A stretch of DNA of 64,000 nucleotides from Acidobacteriaceae bacterium (GTDB lineage: Bacteria; Acidobacteriota; Terriglobia; Terriglobales; Acidobacteriaceae), in the NCBI GenBank assembly GCA_035933805.1, contig DASYYO010000279.1, positions 233-64,232 on the forward strand, written 5' to 3'. How positions within the stretch are numbered: position 1 is the stretch's first letter; the number at the start of each line of letters is the position of its first letter. A program made the position numbers and the translations under genes. Shown here in pieces: positions 40,899 through 50,442 of the stretch. The notes under the pieces were generated by a model. The model worked only from the letters and a program-made list of their open reading frames with translations, had not been told where the DNA came from and did no database searches.

Positions 40899-42656
40899 TT
40901 AGAGATCCAGAGTGACACCCGTGTTTGGCTGGGAACAGCATACGAGTAGGTTCCCGGGAGCGGCCCTCTCCAGCGGCTCAGGGTTATAAAGGATCGATCC
41001 GCTAATCAGACCAGTCACGCAGGTATGACAAACTCCTGTCCGGCACGACCATCTGACCGGAACATCGCACGCTTCTGCCAGTTCAAGCAAGCTCCGGAAT
41101 CTCGGATCCCAAGCGGCAGTAATCCCGCTACGCGCGAATGAGACAGGGGGGCCAGACCCGGGCGGCCCTTGTGGCAGGTGAGGGGTGTGATCCATCGGGG
41201 CCATACCAGGTGTAATACCCTCAAGAGAACCGAAGATTTCCGTGAGCACCTTCCCGGCGAGCACGCCCCAGTTTCGCAACCCATCGCGCATATTCTGCAA
41301 GAATGAAGAGGGGCCGCACAGATAGAAGTCACTACCCTGTGACACGCCAATTCTCTCCAGCAAAGCCGTGTCAATGTGCCCGGGAGCATCGAAGTCTGCC
41401 CCGAGTTGGTCGATTGCAGCGGGCCGGCTGTACACGATGTAACCACGTCCGCGAGAGAGCTGTTTCAGTAAGGAACGCGATTCTTCTGCAAATGGATGGC
41501 CGGCACGATTGCGCGTTCCATAGATCCACCAGACCTCTCGTTGCGATCTTTCAGCAGCGAGCGTGTGCAGCATCGACATCACGGGCGTTGCGCCCACTCC
41601 AGCGCTCAGCAGAACCACAGGACTCTGGCTGGGACGCAGAGTAAAGCTACCGCGCGGCGCACTAACATCCAATAGGTCGTCTTCTCGCGTACGGTTGCAC
41701 AGAAATGAACTTCCAATCCCATTCAATTCGTTTTTGACGCTGATGCGGAAATGGCCGGCTACCGGCAGATCAGACAGCGAATAGCTGCGAAGAACCGGGG
41801 GGTCGTCCGGGTCGAGACGCAAGCGCAAAACAACAAATTGACCTGGCTGAGAGAGAGGGAGAGGCTGCTCATCCATGGGCTTCAGAATGAAGGAAGTTAC
41901 GCTATCGCTCTCCTTATGAATATTCGCGACTCGCATCTGCCGAAAGCCGGGCCACGCTGGGGCTTGTTCCTCATAGGCGAGTCCCGGATTCCCCAGCATG
42001 GGCTTAGAGCTCAAGTCTTGTTGGACCATTGCTTGGAACGAACTCTGCCAACCCTTGCTGAGTGCAGGAATGCGAAGTGCGCGTCGCAGTTGCTCGGTGG
42101 AATGTCCTGGCAAATACAGGAGGGCGTCAACCTCGGCGACACTGATTCGCTCTGGACCGTCAGTAATTTTTACAATGTCGTCGCCAGCCCCAACTTCTCC
42201 TTCCTGCAACACGCGAAAGTAGAATCCTGGCCTATGATGTGCGACGAGCAGGGCTGCCATCCGAGGTTCATTCATGCGAATGCCGACGCGGTAGCACGTT
42301 ACGCGGGGCTGGGTCACTTCAAATATCGCATCACCAATGCGGTAGCGATCGCCAATGCAGACCTCGTTATCAGGAAGTCCCTCGACAGTGAAGTTTTCTC
42401 CGAACTGGCCGAAGATGAAGTCTTTACGTCCGAGAAAGCGTTCCCAGTAGTGATAGGAGTCCGTCTGATAAACAAAAACTGCGCGTTGCTCCCCACCGTG
42501 ACCGCCGAGATCGCCCTGCGCGTCGCCAACAACGTTGAGCTTGCGCACCATTTGCCGTCCCTCAACCGGGCTCTTCCAGATCGCGGTACGGACAGTGTTG
42601 GCGTTCCATGTTACGTCGCGTGGAAGACCGACATTGACTGAAAGCAATCGCGGCAT
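40899..42656 (-). CDS. MOSC domain fused to a ferredoxin-NAD(P) reductase and plant-type 2Fe-2S ferredoxin (YcbX-like)
   Basis: Lies in ORF 40899..42734; the likely start is MPRLLSVNVGLPRDV (ATG 42656). MOSC motif GDAQGDLGGHGGEQRAVFVYQ, an FNR-like RSYSLS, and C-terminal CRTGVCHTCVTG. Confidence 0.85.
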   Translation of the reverse strand: MPRLLSVNVGLPRDVTWNANTVRTAIWKSPVEGRQMVRKLNVVGDAQGDLGGHGGEQRAVFVYQTDSYHYWERFLGRKDFIFGQFGENFTVEGLPDNEVCIGDRYRIGDAIFEVTQPRVTCYRVGIRMNEPRMAALLVAHHRPGFYFRVLQEGEVGAGDDIVKITDGPERISVAEVDALLYLPGHSTEQLRRALRIPALSKGWQSSFQAMVQQDLSSKPMLGNPGLAYEEQAPAWPGFRQMRVANIHKESDSVTSFILKPMDEQPLPLSQPGQFVVLRLRLDPDDPPVLRSYSLSDLPVAGHFRISVKNELNGIGSSFLCNRTREDDLLDVSAPRGSFTLRPSQSPVVLLSAGVGATPVMSMLHTLAAERSQREVWWIYGTRNRAGHPFAEESRSLLKQLSRGRGYIVYSRPAAIDQLGADFDAPGHIDTALLERIGVSQGSDFYLCGPSSFLQNMRDGLRNWGVLAGKVLTEIFGSLEGITPGMAPMDHTPHLPQGPPGSGPPVSFARSGITAAWDPRFRSLLELAEACDVPVRWSCRTGVCHTCVTGLISGSILYNPEPLERAAPGNLLVCCSQPNTGVTLDL

Positions 42657-42952
42657 TTGTACCTCGTCGAAGTCCAGCGTCCGGCTGGAATGCTTCCACG
42701 AGCAGCGCTGCTGCGCAGTGGAAGCGCCAGCCAATGATTAAGGAATATCCAGATTGATTGCGGTTGCTTCATCGTTCCTCTCTGGAGAAGCTTGATCTCC
42801 ATCGCTCCATCTTTCAACTCTAATGTCATGAACGTGACCCATTTCCGAAACAACCGGTAAGGGGCAACTTGATGACCCTTGAAGAGCGGCGCTTCCGGTC
42901 ATTTGAAAATCTGTCGCGCCTCGAACTGAAAAGTTTCTCCTCACTCAATCCA

Positions 42953-43486
42953 TCACCCTCCTAACTTGCCGGCGAGCCAGTAATCCACACTGAACTTTCC
43001 CGGACCGAAGCAGATCAGCCAGAGAAAGAAGAGCACATACAGGACTTCGGGAAGGTAGAGGAAATCGTCAAGCCATTTGAGAGGGGAAAGTCCTTTAGGC
43101 ATGGCGGAAAGCCTGGTGGTCAGGATGGCGACAAGCATATCGACCAATAAAACCGCGCAGACCGGGCTCGAAAGGAGCCCCAAGATTAGCAAGGATCCGC
43201 CAATGAACTCGACACCCGACACGAAATAAGTCATCAGGCGGGGAAACGGGACCTTAGCCTCAACGAGCGTTTCGTACATAGTTCGCGCGCTGCCAGGGAT
43301 AAACAATTTGTTCGCCCCGGAGATGGCGAAGAACAGCCCGAGGGAAACGCGCACCAGCAGGACGGCATATTGTTCCAAATCACTGCTACCCAGCAGCGCA
43401 AACTGGACCAACCGTTTCCAATCCACTCTGGTCCCTCCGCCGGAGAATGTGTGCTCGAACGATATCCTGTACCACACAGTTTCCAC
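42953..43486 (-). CDS. DoxX-family membrane protein
   Basis: Four hydrophobic helices. LLVRVSLGLFFAISGANKLF matches the DoxX N-terminal motif. The start is uncertain. Confidence 0.65.
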   Translation of the reverse strand: METVWYRISFEHTFSGGGTRVDWKRLVQFALLGSSDLEQYAVLLVRVSLGLFFAISGANKLFIPGSARTMYETLVEAKVPFPRLMTYFVSGVEFIGGSLLILGLLSSPVCAVLLVDMLVAILTTRLSAMPKGLSPLKWLDDFLYLPEVLYVLFFLWLICFGPGKFSVDYWLAGKLGG

Positions 43487-43599
43487 TTATCCGGTAACCG
43501 CAAAAACCAGGACTTCGCGAGTCTCTGGCGTTAATCGCTGTTCAATTTTGCTGCAAACCGCAAATGGCGGCGGCGTTAGCGAATTCTCGCGCCTCGAGG

Positions 43600-44019
43600 T
43601 TATTTGTCCATCCGTTCGACCCATTGAGCGCGCCATGCGGGAGCCGCGAATGGATCCGCAAAGTACTGTGTTTCCCGCGCAACCTTGTCGTCCCTGAACT
43701 CCATGATGCTCACGGTGTAGGACGGCTTGCCGTCGTATGTCAGGATGAATTCGGTGACCCACAGATCACCGCAGCCAATGATTCGCCGGACGGCAAACCG
43801 CTTTTTGCTCGGCTGACTCGAGCGTTGGTTCTGTATGTTGTGTCGACCGCGGGTTCGCTCGCCTGACTGCGGGTATTCCAGCACCGCGTCCTCGTGATAG
43901 ATGCGGTGCTCGGTTTCAAAATCGTTGGCATCGGACGCTGCCCAATGCTGATCCAGTGCCGCACGGATCTCCTGATCTCGTACTCCGGAGTACTCCCCCT
44001 TCATTTGTGGATCGTTCAT
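43600..44019 (-). CDS. NTF2/SnoaL-like superfamily protein
   Basis: 139 aa. IRAALDQHWAASDANDFETEHRIYHEDAVLEYPQSGE matches the SnoaL-like alpha+beta barrel pattern. Confidence 0.65.
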   Translation of the reverse strand: MNDPQMKGEYSGVRDQEIRAALDQHWAASDANDFETEHRIYHEDAVLEYPQSGERTRGRHNIQNQRSSQPSKKRFAVRRIIGCGDLWVTEFILTYDGKPSYTVSIMEFRDDKVARETQYFADPFAAPAWRAQWVERMDK

Positions 44020-44175
44020 CTTGAGCCTTCAAATTGACAAGAAGCGAAATGCTTTAGCGGAATCGCATTGTATGGCTGGTCAAGTCGCGCTGCTTCTCCG
44101 ATCACCCCAGAGTCCACACCGCGTCGAGGCACAGGATGAACGCGGGCCGGTGTTGCTCGCAGGTTGTCCAGAAGC

Positions 44176-44865
44176 TTAAGCAGCGATTTGTGCAGTCATG
44201 ACTTTCATGAGTGCCTGGGCAGCCGAAGTCGATGATGCAGGATTCTGTCCGGTGATGAGGCGGCCATCAGTGATCGAAAAAGGTTGCCAGTTCGCCATCT
44301 TCTCGTAGATGGCTCCCAGCCGTAGCAACTCATCTTCAACGAGGAATGGCACAACCTTGGTAAGCTGCACCTCTTCCTCCTCACCATTTGTAAACCCGGT
44401 TACGTGCTTCCCTCTCACAAGCGGAGCACCCTGGTATTTAACGTGGCGAAGCACCCCAGGCGAATGGCAAACCAACGCGATGGGCTTGCCGGAGTTGTAG
44501 AACGATTCAAGCAGGGCGATGGACTCGGGGTTCTCCGCAAGATCCCACATCGGACCATGCCCGCCCGGATAAAACACGGTGTCGTAATCATCCGATTTCA
44601 TGCCGGCAAGTTTGAGTGTGTTGGCAAGGGCCTTCTGCGCCGCCGCATCCTGCTTAAAGCGAATCATCGCCGCAGTCTGATTCTCTGGTAGATCACTCTT
44701 TGGATCGAGCGGCGGCTGCCCGCCTTTGGGAGATGCGAGCGTCAACTGCACACCGGCATCTCTGAAAACGAAGTAGGGTGCGGCAAATTCTTCCAGCCAG
44801 AAACCGGTTTTGCGGCCAGTGTTGCCGAGTTGGTCGTGCGAGGTAAGAACCATCAGGATTTTCAT
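44176..44865 (-). CDS. DJ-1/PfpI-family type 1 glutamine amidotransferase-like protein
   Basis: Lies in ORF 44176..45018; the likely start is MKILMVLTSHD (ATG 44865). Nucleophile elbow IALVCHSPGVL. Confidence 0.85.
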   Translation of the reverse strand: MKILMVLTSHDQLGNTGRKTGFWLEEFAAPYFVFRDAGVQLTLASPKGGQPPLDPKSDLPENQTAAMIRFKQDAAAQKALANTLKLAGMKSDDYDTVFYPGGHGPMWDLAENPESIALLESFYNSGKPIALVCHSPGVLRHVKYQGAPLVRGKHVTGFTNGEEEEVQLTKVVPFLVEDELLRLGAIYEKMANWQPFSITDGRLITGQNPASSTSAAQALMKVMTAQIAA

Positions 44866-45247
44866 GTTCGGTCTCCTCATTCGCTCTGTGCAGATTCCGA
44901 CGTGCGTCCGGGGCCGACTTACGCCATTACGAGAAAATGGTCGAGACTTGAGAATGGATGATGGTATCAGCGGCACGTTTCCTGTGTCCTCGCGGTTGCC
45001 GCCGGAATTCAGTCCCATGAAAACCAGATATCGAGTCGCATGACGACAATCGATCGGGTACGCCGGGAGGGGTCAGCCAGGCTTCGTTGCACGGCTCACC
45101 GGGCAGCCCGGAAATGCTTCCTGCGTACCGGTCGTGGGTCCTGGCCTCGTCGACACGGATTTTTCCGCCGCCGAGCAGTTTGCGCTGCCAAGAGAAAGGC
45201 CACCTGATCCTTCGCAGGGGGCTTTTGTATTTTGCGGCGGCAACTTC

Positions 45248-47062
45248 TCAGCGTTGAAGACCGAAGCAGAGAATGTTCGGACCCGCGGCTACCGCAATAT
45301 ATTGGTTGCCCCCCGCCATGAACGTCATGGGCGAGGCCTTCATGCGAACGTTGGTGGGGAGCTGCCATAGAGTTTTGCCGTTCCGTTGATCGACGGCTGC
45401 AAAGCCCCCGTTGGGCTGGCCGTAGAAGATCAGTCCGCCTGCGGTGGCGAGAACGCCGGTCCAGGTTTTGGCGTGCGCGGCGCCTGGCTGGGAAACCTCC
45501 CAGGCAATCTCGCCGGTGTCAATGTTGACGGCGCGCAGAAAGCGCTGGCCGGTCTCATTCGGGTAGCCGCCGGGCTTGTCGCCGACGCATTCTTCCAGGG
45601 CCAGAAGATAGTAGAGGCGCGTCTGGGGGGAGAAGGCGGTCGAGTCCCAATTGGCGCCGTCGTTGGGGCAGCCGCGCGGATCTTTCACCACCGGCCGGCC
45701 ATCGGGCCCAATGCCGGACGCCCAGTCCACCCGGCGCAGGAAGGGCCGGGCGAGAAGCAGTTTTCCATTGGTGCGATCCAGCACATAGAAGAAGCCGTTG
45801 CGATCGGCGTGCAGCAGCAGTTTGGAGGGCTTGCCGCGGTAAACGGTATCGACCAGGACGTTGGGCTCGGCGGCGTCGCGATCCTCCACATCGTGGGGAG
45901 TGAACTGGTAATACCACTTGACGTCTCCCGTCCGGGGATTGAGGGCGAGAACGCAGTCGGTGAAGAGATTGTCTCCCGGGCGGCCGGCGTCATTGCTGTC
46001 AGGCCAGGGATTGCCGGTCGCCCAGTAGAGCGTGTCGGATGAGGGGTCGTACGAGCCGGTGGTCCAGGTGGAACCGCCGCCGGTGAGAGGCTCCTTTCCC
46101 AGCCAGGTCTCTATGCCAGGCTCGCCGGCGCGGGGCACGGTCCAATGACGCCAGAGGAGAGCTCCGTTCTCCGGCCGGTAGGCGGCGACGAAACCTCGAA
46201 TGCCTTCGTCAGCGCCGGAGACGCCGGCGACGACCGCATCGTCGACGATGAGCGGCGCCATGGTGCCGCCGTAGTGCTGCCCTGTTTCCTCAGCGGCCAT
46301 AGGAGTCTCCCAGAGCAATTCGCCGGTGGCGCGGTCGAGAGCGAGCAGGTGGGCGTTGTCGGTGATGAAGAAGACCTTGTCGCGCAGAATGGCGACGCCC
46401 CGGTTGGTGCCGAGCTTCGCGTCACCGGTGAGGCCGGGGCTGGCCGGACGCGAATAGTGCCAGAGTGGGCTGCCGGTGAGAGCGTCGAGGGCAAAGACCT
46501 CGTTCTGACCGGTTACGTAGAGCACTCCATCGGCGGCGAGCGGCGTTGTCTCGAGTCCAAAGGACTGCATGGGGAAGATCCACTTCAAGGTCAGCGAGGA
46601 GACGTTGGCGAGGTTGATCTGATGGAGCGGGCTGTAGCGATTGGCGGAGCCGTTTCCGTTATAGGTGAGCCAGTCTCCGGGCTGCGGTGCTCCCCATGTG
46701 ACCTTGCGCGCGGGCTCGGAGTCAACCTCGGTTCGAACGCCTGTTCCCACATTGATCTGGCGGAGATATTGGACAAGCGCGGCCCGGTCCCCGGCGGGCA
46801 GATCGGAGAACGAGGGCATGCCATTCGCGATGTTGCCGCGCTCAAGAAACGCGCCCAACTGTCCGGCCGATTGGCTGGCAATCCGCGGATTCATGGCGAG
46901 CCCGGGCGCCTTCGCGGTGCCGCGTCCCTGCTCCCCGTGGCAGCCTGCGCAGTTTGCATGGAAGATCTGCTCAGGCGGCTGCTGAGAGAGTGACGGCCGA
47001 GCGAAAAGAAAGAATAAGAGAACCAGCAGCAACATCATGATGCGATCTCCCGTGCGGTCCAA
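45248..47062 (-). CDS. PQQ-dependent dehydrogenase (beta-propeller) with N-terminal monohaem cytochrome c domain
   Basis: Signal peptide, then CAGCHGEQG...NGMPSF (cytochrome c), then GDWLTYNGNGSANRYSPLHQINLANVSSLTLKWIF and GDNLFTDCVLALNPRTGDVKWYYQFTPHD (quinoprotein ADH/MDH family). Confidence 0.8.
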   Translation of the reverse strand: MDRTGDRIMMLLLVLLFFLFARPSLSQQPPEQIFHANCAGCHGEQGRGTAKAPGLAMNPRIASQSAGQLGAFLERGNIANGMPSFSDLPAGDRAALVQYLRQINVGTGVRTEVDSEPARKVTWGAPQPGDWLTYNGNGSANRYSPLHQINLANVSSLTLKWIFPMQSFGLETTPLAADGVLYVTGQNEVFALDALTGSPLWHYSRPASPGLTGDAKLGTNRGVAILRDKVFFITDNAHLLALDRATGELLWETPMAAEETGQHYGGTMAPLIVDDAVVAGVSGADEGIRGFVAAYRPENGALLWRHWTVPRAGEPGIETWLGKEPLTGGGSTWTTGSYDPSSDTLYWATGNPWPDSNDAGRPGDNLFTDCVLALNPRTGDVKWYYQFTPHDVEDRDAAEPNVLVDTVYRGKPSKLLLHADRNGFFYVLDRTNGKLLLARPFLRRVDWASGIGPDGRPVVKDPRGCPNDGANWDSTAFSPQTRLYYLLALEECVGDKPGGYPNETGQRFLRAVNIDTGEIAWEVSQPGAAHAKTWTGVLATAGGLIFYGQPNGGFAAVDQRNGKTLWQLPTNVRMKASPMTFMAGGNQYIAVAAGPNILCFGLQR

Positions 47063-47236
47063 CCCCGCTCATCTCCCGCGAGCGCGAGGCCATGCGGACG
47101 AGCCGTAAGACGCCGCCAATGACTTTACCACTGCAAGGCCTTTTGCATTCCAGCACGAGGCCACTGGCCGTATCTCGAGATCGAAGCGTACGCATAGCCT
47201 TTCGCAGATCCATGCGGAGAAATAGACTGTTGCGGT

Positions 47237-49669
47237 ATGTCTGTGCTGCGAGATCTCCGGCTGGCGCTTCGTTTGTTTTCGCGGACCCCTCTGCTGACAG
47301 GCGTCGCTCTCCTGTCCATTGCGCTCAGCACAGGCGCGACCGCGGTCGTCTTTACCGCGATCCGGGCTGTGCTCATCGACCCTCTTCCTTACAATCATCC
47401 CGAGCAGCTCGTCCAGATCAGGACCGACTTCGCTAAATTTGAGCCGTCCCATACGGATTGGGCGTTATGGAACGATGCGCAGGAGATCATCCGGCGCACC
47501 CGCACGCTGGCGTCTGTGGGCGTGTTCCGAAATGAGATCTTCAACCTGGCGGGCGATCGAGCGGCCACGCCAGAGGCTCTTTACGGCCTTGGGGTGTCAG
47601 CGAGCCTGTTTCCAACCTTAGGCGTTCGACCGATGCTTGGGCGCAACATTCTTCCCGACGAAGACCAGCCTGGCCACGCGAATGAAATGATCCTGAGCTA
47701 CGGGCTTTGGAAGCGCCGGTTCCAGGGTGATCCGAAGATCGTTGGCCGCAGCGTTACGATCGACGGGCATGAGTGCCTGGTGATTGGAGTCATGCCGCCG
47801 GAGTTCAATTTCCCGTTGCGGAGGGGCGCCGTGCGCACGCCGTCGCCCTATGTGGAATTCTGGGCGCCAATCCGCAGCGGAAAGCCTCTTTCCGTGACCG
47901 AAGCGATTGGAGTGGTGGGAAGACTGCGGAAGGGCGTCTCCCTGGCTGAGGCGCAGCAGGACCTTGCGTCGATCAGCGCGGAGTTGAGCCGGGAATATCC
48001 GGCGACGAACCGCGATCACACACTGAGGATGGGCCTGCTGAAGGATCGCACGCTGGGGATCGCAAAGGACGCCCTGTGGCTTCTGATGGCCGCAGCCGGA
48101 ATGTTTCTTCTGATTGGCTGCGCGAATGTTGCGAATCTGTTGCTGGCCCGGGGCCTCGCCCGGCGGCGCGAGATTGCCATCCGAATGGCGGTTGGTGCGA
48201 GCGGAGCGCGCATTGTTCGTCAACTTCTCACCGAGAGCTGCGCGCTGGCGACGGTTGGCGGCGTGGCCGGATACGCGCTCACTGCCGCAGCCTGGAGGCT
48301 GCTGCCGGCGCTGGCGCCGGTGAGCATTCCGCGGCTCGCTTCAGCGCGCGCGGACTGGACTGTGCTGATCTTCTGTCTCATCGTCACGTCTGTCAGCGGT
48401 GTTGTCTTCGGCCTGGCCCCGGCGCTTCGAGCCGGCCGTTCGCGTGCGATCTCAACTCAGGATCTTCGCATCGCCGGCAGCGGCACGGGCCGGCGCGATG
48501 GGCTTCGCGGTGCGCTTGTGGGCATCGAGGTCGCCCTGGCGATGGCGCTCGTCGTAGTGGGCGGCCAGTTGCTTGCAAGCTTTGTTGCCTTGATGAAGAC
48601 CGACCCTGGTTTCGAGGCGGATCGTGTGATTGCCTCTGTCGTGATTCCCGCGGGCGACCGGTACAAGACTCCTGAGCAGCATGGAATGCTTTACCGGAGC
48701 ATTCTCGAATCGGTGCGCACGCTCCCTGGGGTTGAGAGCGCCGGAGCCATCAACGCACTTCCTTTCAGCGGTGAGAACCATGGTGGGTTGATCGGCAGCA
48801 GCCAGGCAGGGGGGCAGGACCAGATCCCTGCGGAGGTTGACGTGGTGAGCGCCGGGTATTTGCAAACCATGGGGGTTCGTCTGGAGGAAGGCCGCTGGTT
48901 GAGCGAAGACGACATGAAGGGTCCGAGCGATGCCGTTATCGTGAATGATGTTGCCGCCCGGCGCTTGTGGGCGGGAAGCAGCGCCCTCGGCAAGCGGATT
49001 TGCCTCAATTGCTCACCGGATAAGCCGGGAAACTGGAAGCGCGTCATCGGAATTGTCTCCGGCATCCGCCACGCGGCGATGGATGGTCCGGAGCAGGCGA
49101 GCGTCTATCTCTCGGCGAATGCGCTCGAGAGTGCGGCTTTTCTCGTGGTAAGAAGCGGCCGGCCCGGAGTAGAAGTGGAGCAGGCCATCCGGCGCGCGAT
49201 CGCCGGCGTCGACCCGAATCAGCCGGTGTTTCTCAGCGCGTCGATGAGGGAGCTGATTTCTGACTCCGTGGCAGATCGCAGATTTATCATGGCTCTCCTT
49301 GCATGTACCGGCAGCCTTGCGCTTGCGATGGCGATGGCCGGGGTGTATGGCGTAGCCACCTATACCGCCTCACGCAGAACGCAGGAGATCGGGGTGCGGA
49401 TGGCGCTGGGCGCTACTCCCGGCAACGTTCAGGCGTTGATCTTCCGGCAGGGATTTGTCACTGCCGCTGCAGGTTCAATGATTGGAGCCGTTCTGGCGCT
49501 GGCGCTGATTCGCGTGCTGCGCGGAGTGCTACGGGGGCTTGACTCGCGGAACGCCGCTGATGCCTGGGTCGACGCGGGGTTGGTGGTGTTTACGTCTGCG
49601 ATTGCCTGCTGGCTTCCGGCGAGGCGTGCATCCAGAGTCAGCGCGTCGGTGGCCTTGAGAGAGGAATAA
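47237..49669 (+). CDS. ADOP-family duplicated MacB/FtsX-type permease
   Basis: 810 aa. N-terminal LRLALRLFSRTPLLTGVALLSIALSTGATAVVF..DPLPY and two FtsX modules (RRREIAIRMAVGAS; RRTQEIGVRMALGATPG). Confidence 0.85.
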   Translation: MSVLRDLRLALRLFSRTPLLTGVALLSIALSTGATAVVFTAIRAVLIDPLPYNHPEQLVQIRTDFAKFEPSHTDWALWNDAQEIIRRTRTLASVGVFRNEIFNLAGDRAATPEALYGLGVSASLFPTLGVRPMLGRNILPDEDQPGHANEMILSYGLWKRRFQGDPKIVGRSVTIDGHECLVIGVMPPEFNFPLRRGAVRTPSPYVEFWAPIRSGKPLSVTEAIGVVGRLRKGVSLAEAQQDLASISAELSREYPATNRDHTLRMGLLKDRTLGIAKDALWLLMAAAGMFLLIGCANVANLLLARGLARRREIAIRMAVGASGARIVRQLLTESCALATVGGVAGYALTAAAWRLLPALAPVSIPRLASARADWTVLIFCLIVTSVSGVVFGLAPALRAGRSRAISTQDLRIAGSGTGRRDGLRGALVGIEVALAMALVVVGGQLLASFVALMKTDPGFEADRVIASVVIPAGDRYKTPEQHGMLYRSILESVRTLPGVESAGAINALPFSGENHGGLIGSSQAGGQDQIPAEVDVVSAGYLQTMGVRLEEGRWLSEDDMKGPSDAVIVNDVAARRLWAGSSALGKRICLNCSPDKPGNWKRVIGIVSGIRHAAMDGPEQASVYLSANALESAAFLVVRSGRPGVEVEQAIRRAIAGVDPNQPVFLSASMRELISDSVADRRFIMALLACTGSLALAMAMAGVYGVATYTASRRTQEIGVRMALGATPGNVQALIFRQGFVTAAAGSMIGAVLALALIRVLRGVLRGLDSRNAADAWVDAGLVVFTSAIACWLPARRASRVSASVALREE

Positions 49670-49715
49670 TTCTTCCATCTCCGGAGGGCTGCGCGGTCCT
49701 TATTTTTAGCGGGCC

Positions 49716-49899
49716 TTTTTCGTGGTGGTTCACAAGAGCGGGGTGTGGTTTACCGCTTCTTTTTCGTGGTTTCGCAAAAGCCTGGTACGGGCTGTCGTGG
49801 TCTCCCACCCTTGCTGGCGCAAGGATGGGGCACCCCTGGCCGTGGTGGTTCCAACTTTGAAAAGCCGGTCACGAAGGCGCGGCGCCGGCATGGTGGTCT
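49716..49899. repeat. array of CGTGGTGGTT-like motifs in a convergent intergenic region
   Basis: Exact CGTGGTGGTT at 49721 and 49841. Variants at 49743 (GTGTGGTTT), 49765 (CGTGGTTTCG), 49796 (CGTGGTCTCC) and 49889 (CATGGTGGTC). The first and third also share TTTTTCGTGGT..TT..CAAAAG. Confidence 0.6.
49734..49765 (+). terminator. candidate rho-independent terminator of the ADOP permease gene
   Basis: AAGAGCGG pairs with CCGCTTCTT (imperfect) around an 11-nt loop, followed by TTTT. Confidence 0.45.
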
Positions 49900-49926
49900 T
49901 CTACCCTGACCGGTTGGGGCCTTGGC

Positions 49927-50442
49927 CTAAGGAGTTCCGGGGCCGCTCTGGCGGGAGCTGCGCTCGAGCGCCTGAATGAGAGAACCGAGAGTGCGCTCGG
50001 AGCCGCCTTCGGGCCGGACTGCCGGAGCGGGAGGCGGCGGAGCGACCGTGGTGCGCTGTGCGCTGCGCGCTTCATTGGCTGAGACAGCGACCGGACCAAA
50101 GGGAACGGAGCCGCTCAGGGCGGCTGGGGGCTTGCCTGCCGTCTCTGAGCCGGAAGATGCAACGTGCCGGCGTTCGATGCGGCGCTTGGGCGGCACGCGC
50201 TTCACCTGCAGGGGCTCGGCGGGCAGCGGCGCGGGAGCTGCCGCGGCAGCCTGAACCTGCGTGCCGGCTGGGGCTGGCTTAACTCTCTTCGAGGAGCTCT
50301 TCCTGACCGCGGAGGTCGTCTTCCTGGTCTTAGTGTTCGCCGTCTTCTTGAAATCTCCCGGAGCACCCGCGAGAATCTCACGCGCGCGCTGGAGGAGGCC
50401 TATCTCAGCGTCAATTTGAGCAATGATCTCTGTCCGTAACAT
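49927..50442 (-). CDS. hypothetical Ala/Pro/Lys-rich protein
   Basis: Lies in ORF 49927..50526; the likely start is MLRTEIIAQIDAEIGLLQRAREILAG. Low complexity with no motif recognised. It is co-oriented downstream of the RDD gene. Confidence 0.35.
   Translation of the reverse strand: MLRTEIIAQIDAEIGLLQRAREILAGAPGDFKKTANTKTRKTTSAVRKSSSKRVKPAPAGTQVQAAAAAPAPLPAEPLQVKRVPPKRRIERRHVASSGSETAGKPPAALSGSVPFGPVAVSANEARSAQRTTVAPPPPAPAVRPEGGSERTLGSLIQALERSSRQSGPGTP

Noticed and set aside
42611-42944. 80-aa and 68-aa minus-strand ORFs in the MOSC/DoxX gap
   Set aside because: They have no recognisable motifs or ribosome-binding sites, they overlap each other in different frames, and the first overlaps the MOSC gene start. 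They are left uncalled, though the 296-bp gap merits a small-protein check.
44040-44100. Third copy of the TTGACA...TTGTATGG promoter-like motif (TTGACAAGAAGCG...GCATTGTATGGCTGG)
   Set aside because: The spacing is 28 nt rather than 19, the flanks do not align with the TBDR modules, and no plus-strand gene follows. It is probably a chance resemblance.
38815-45018. Integrative genomic island inserted at tRNA-Thr
   Set aside because: I found no integrase, excisionase or transposase, and no direct repeat of the tRNA 3' end downstream. The gene next to the tRNA (the GH35-like hydrolase) has normal GC. Only the compositional observation for 40.9-45.0 kb is retained as a finding.
45248-47062. Lanthanide-dependent XoxF-type methanol dehydrogenase
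   Set aside because: I could not confidently locate the diagnostic extra Asp next to the catalytic Asp by eye, and the N-terminal haem domain is atypical for XoxF. The call is left as a generic PQQ dehydrogenase.
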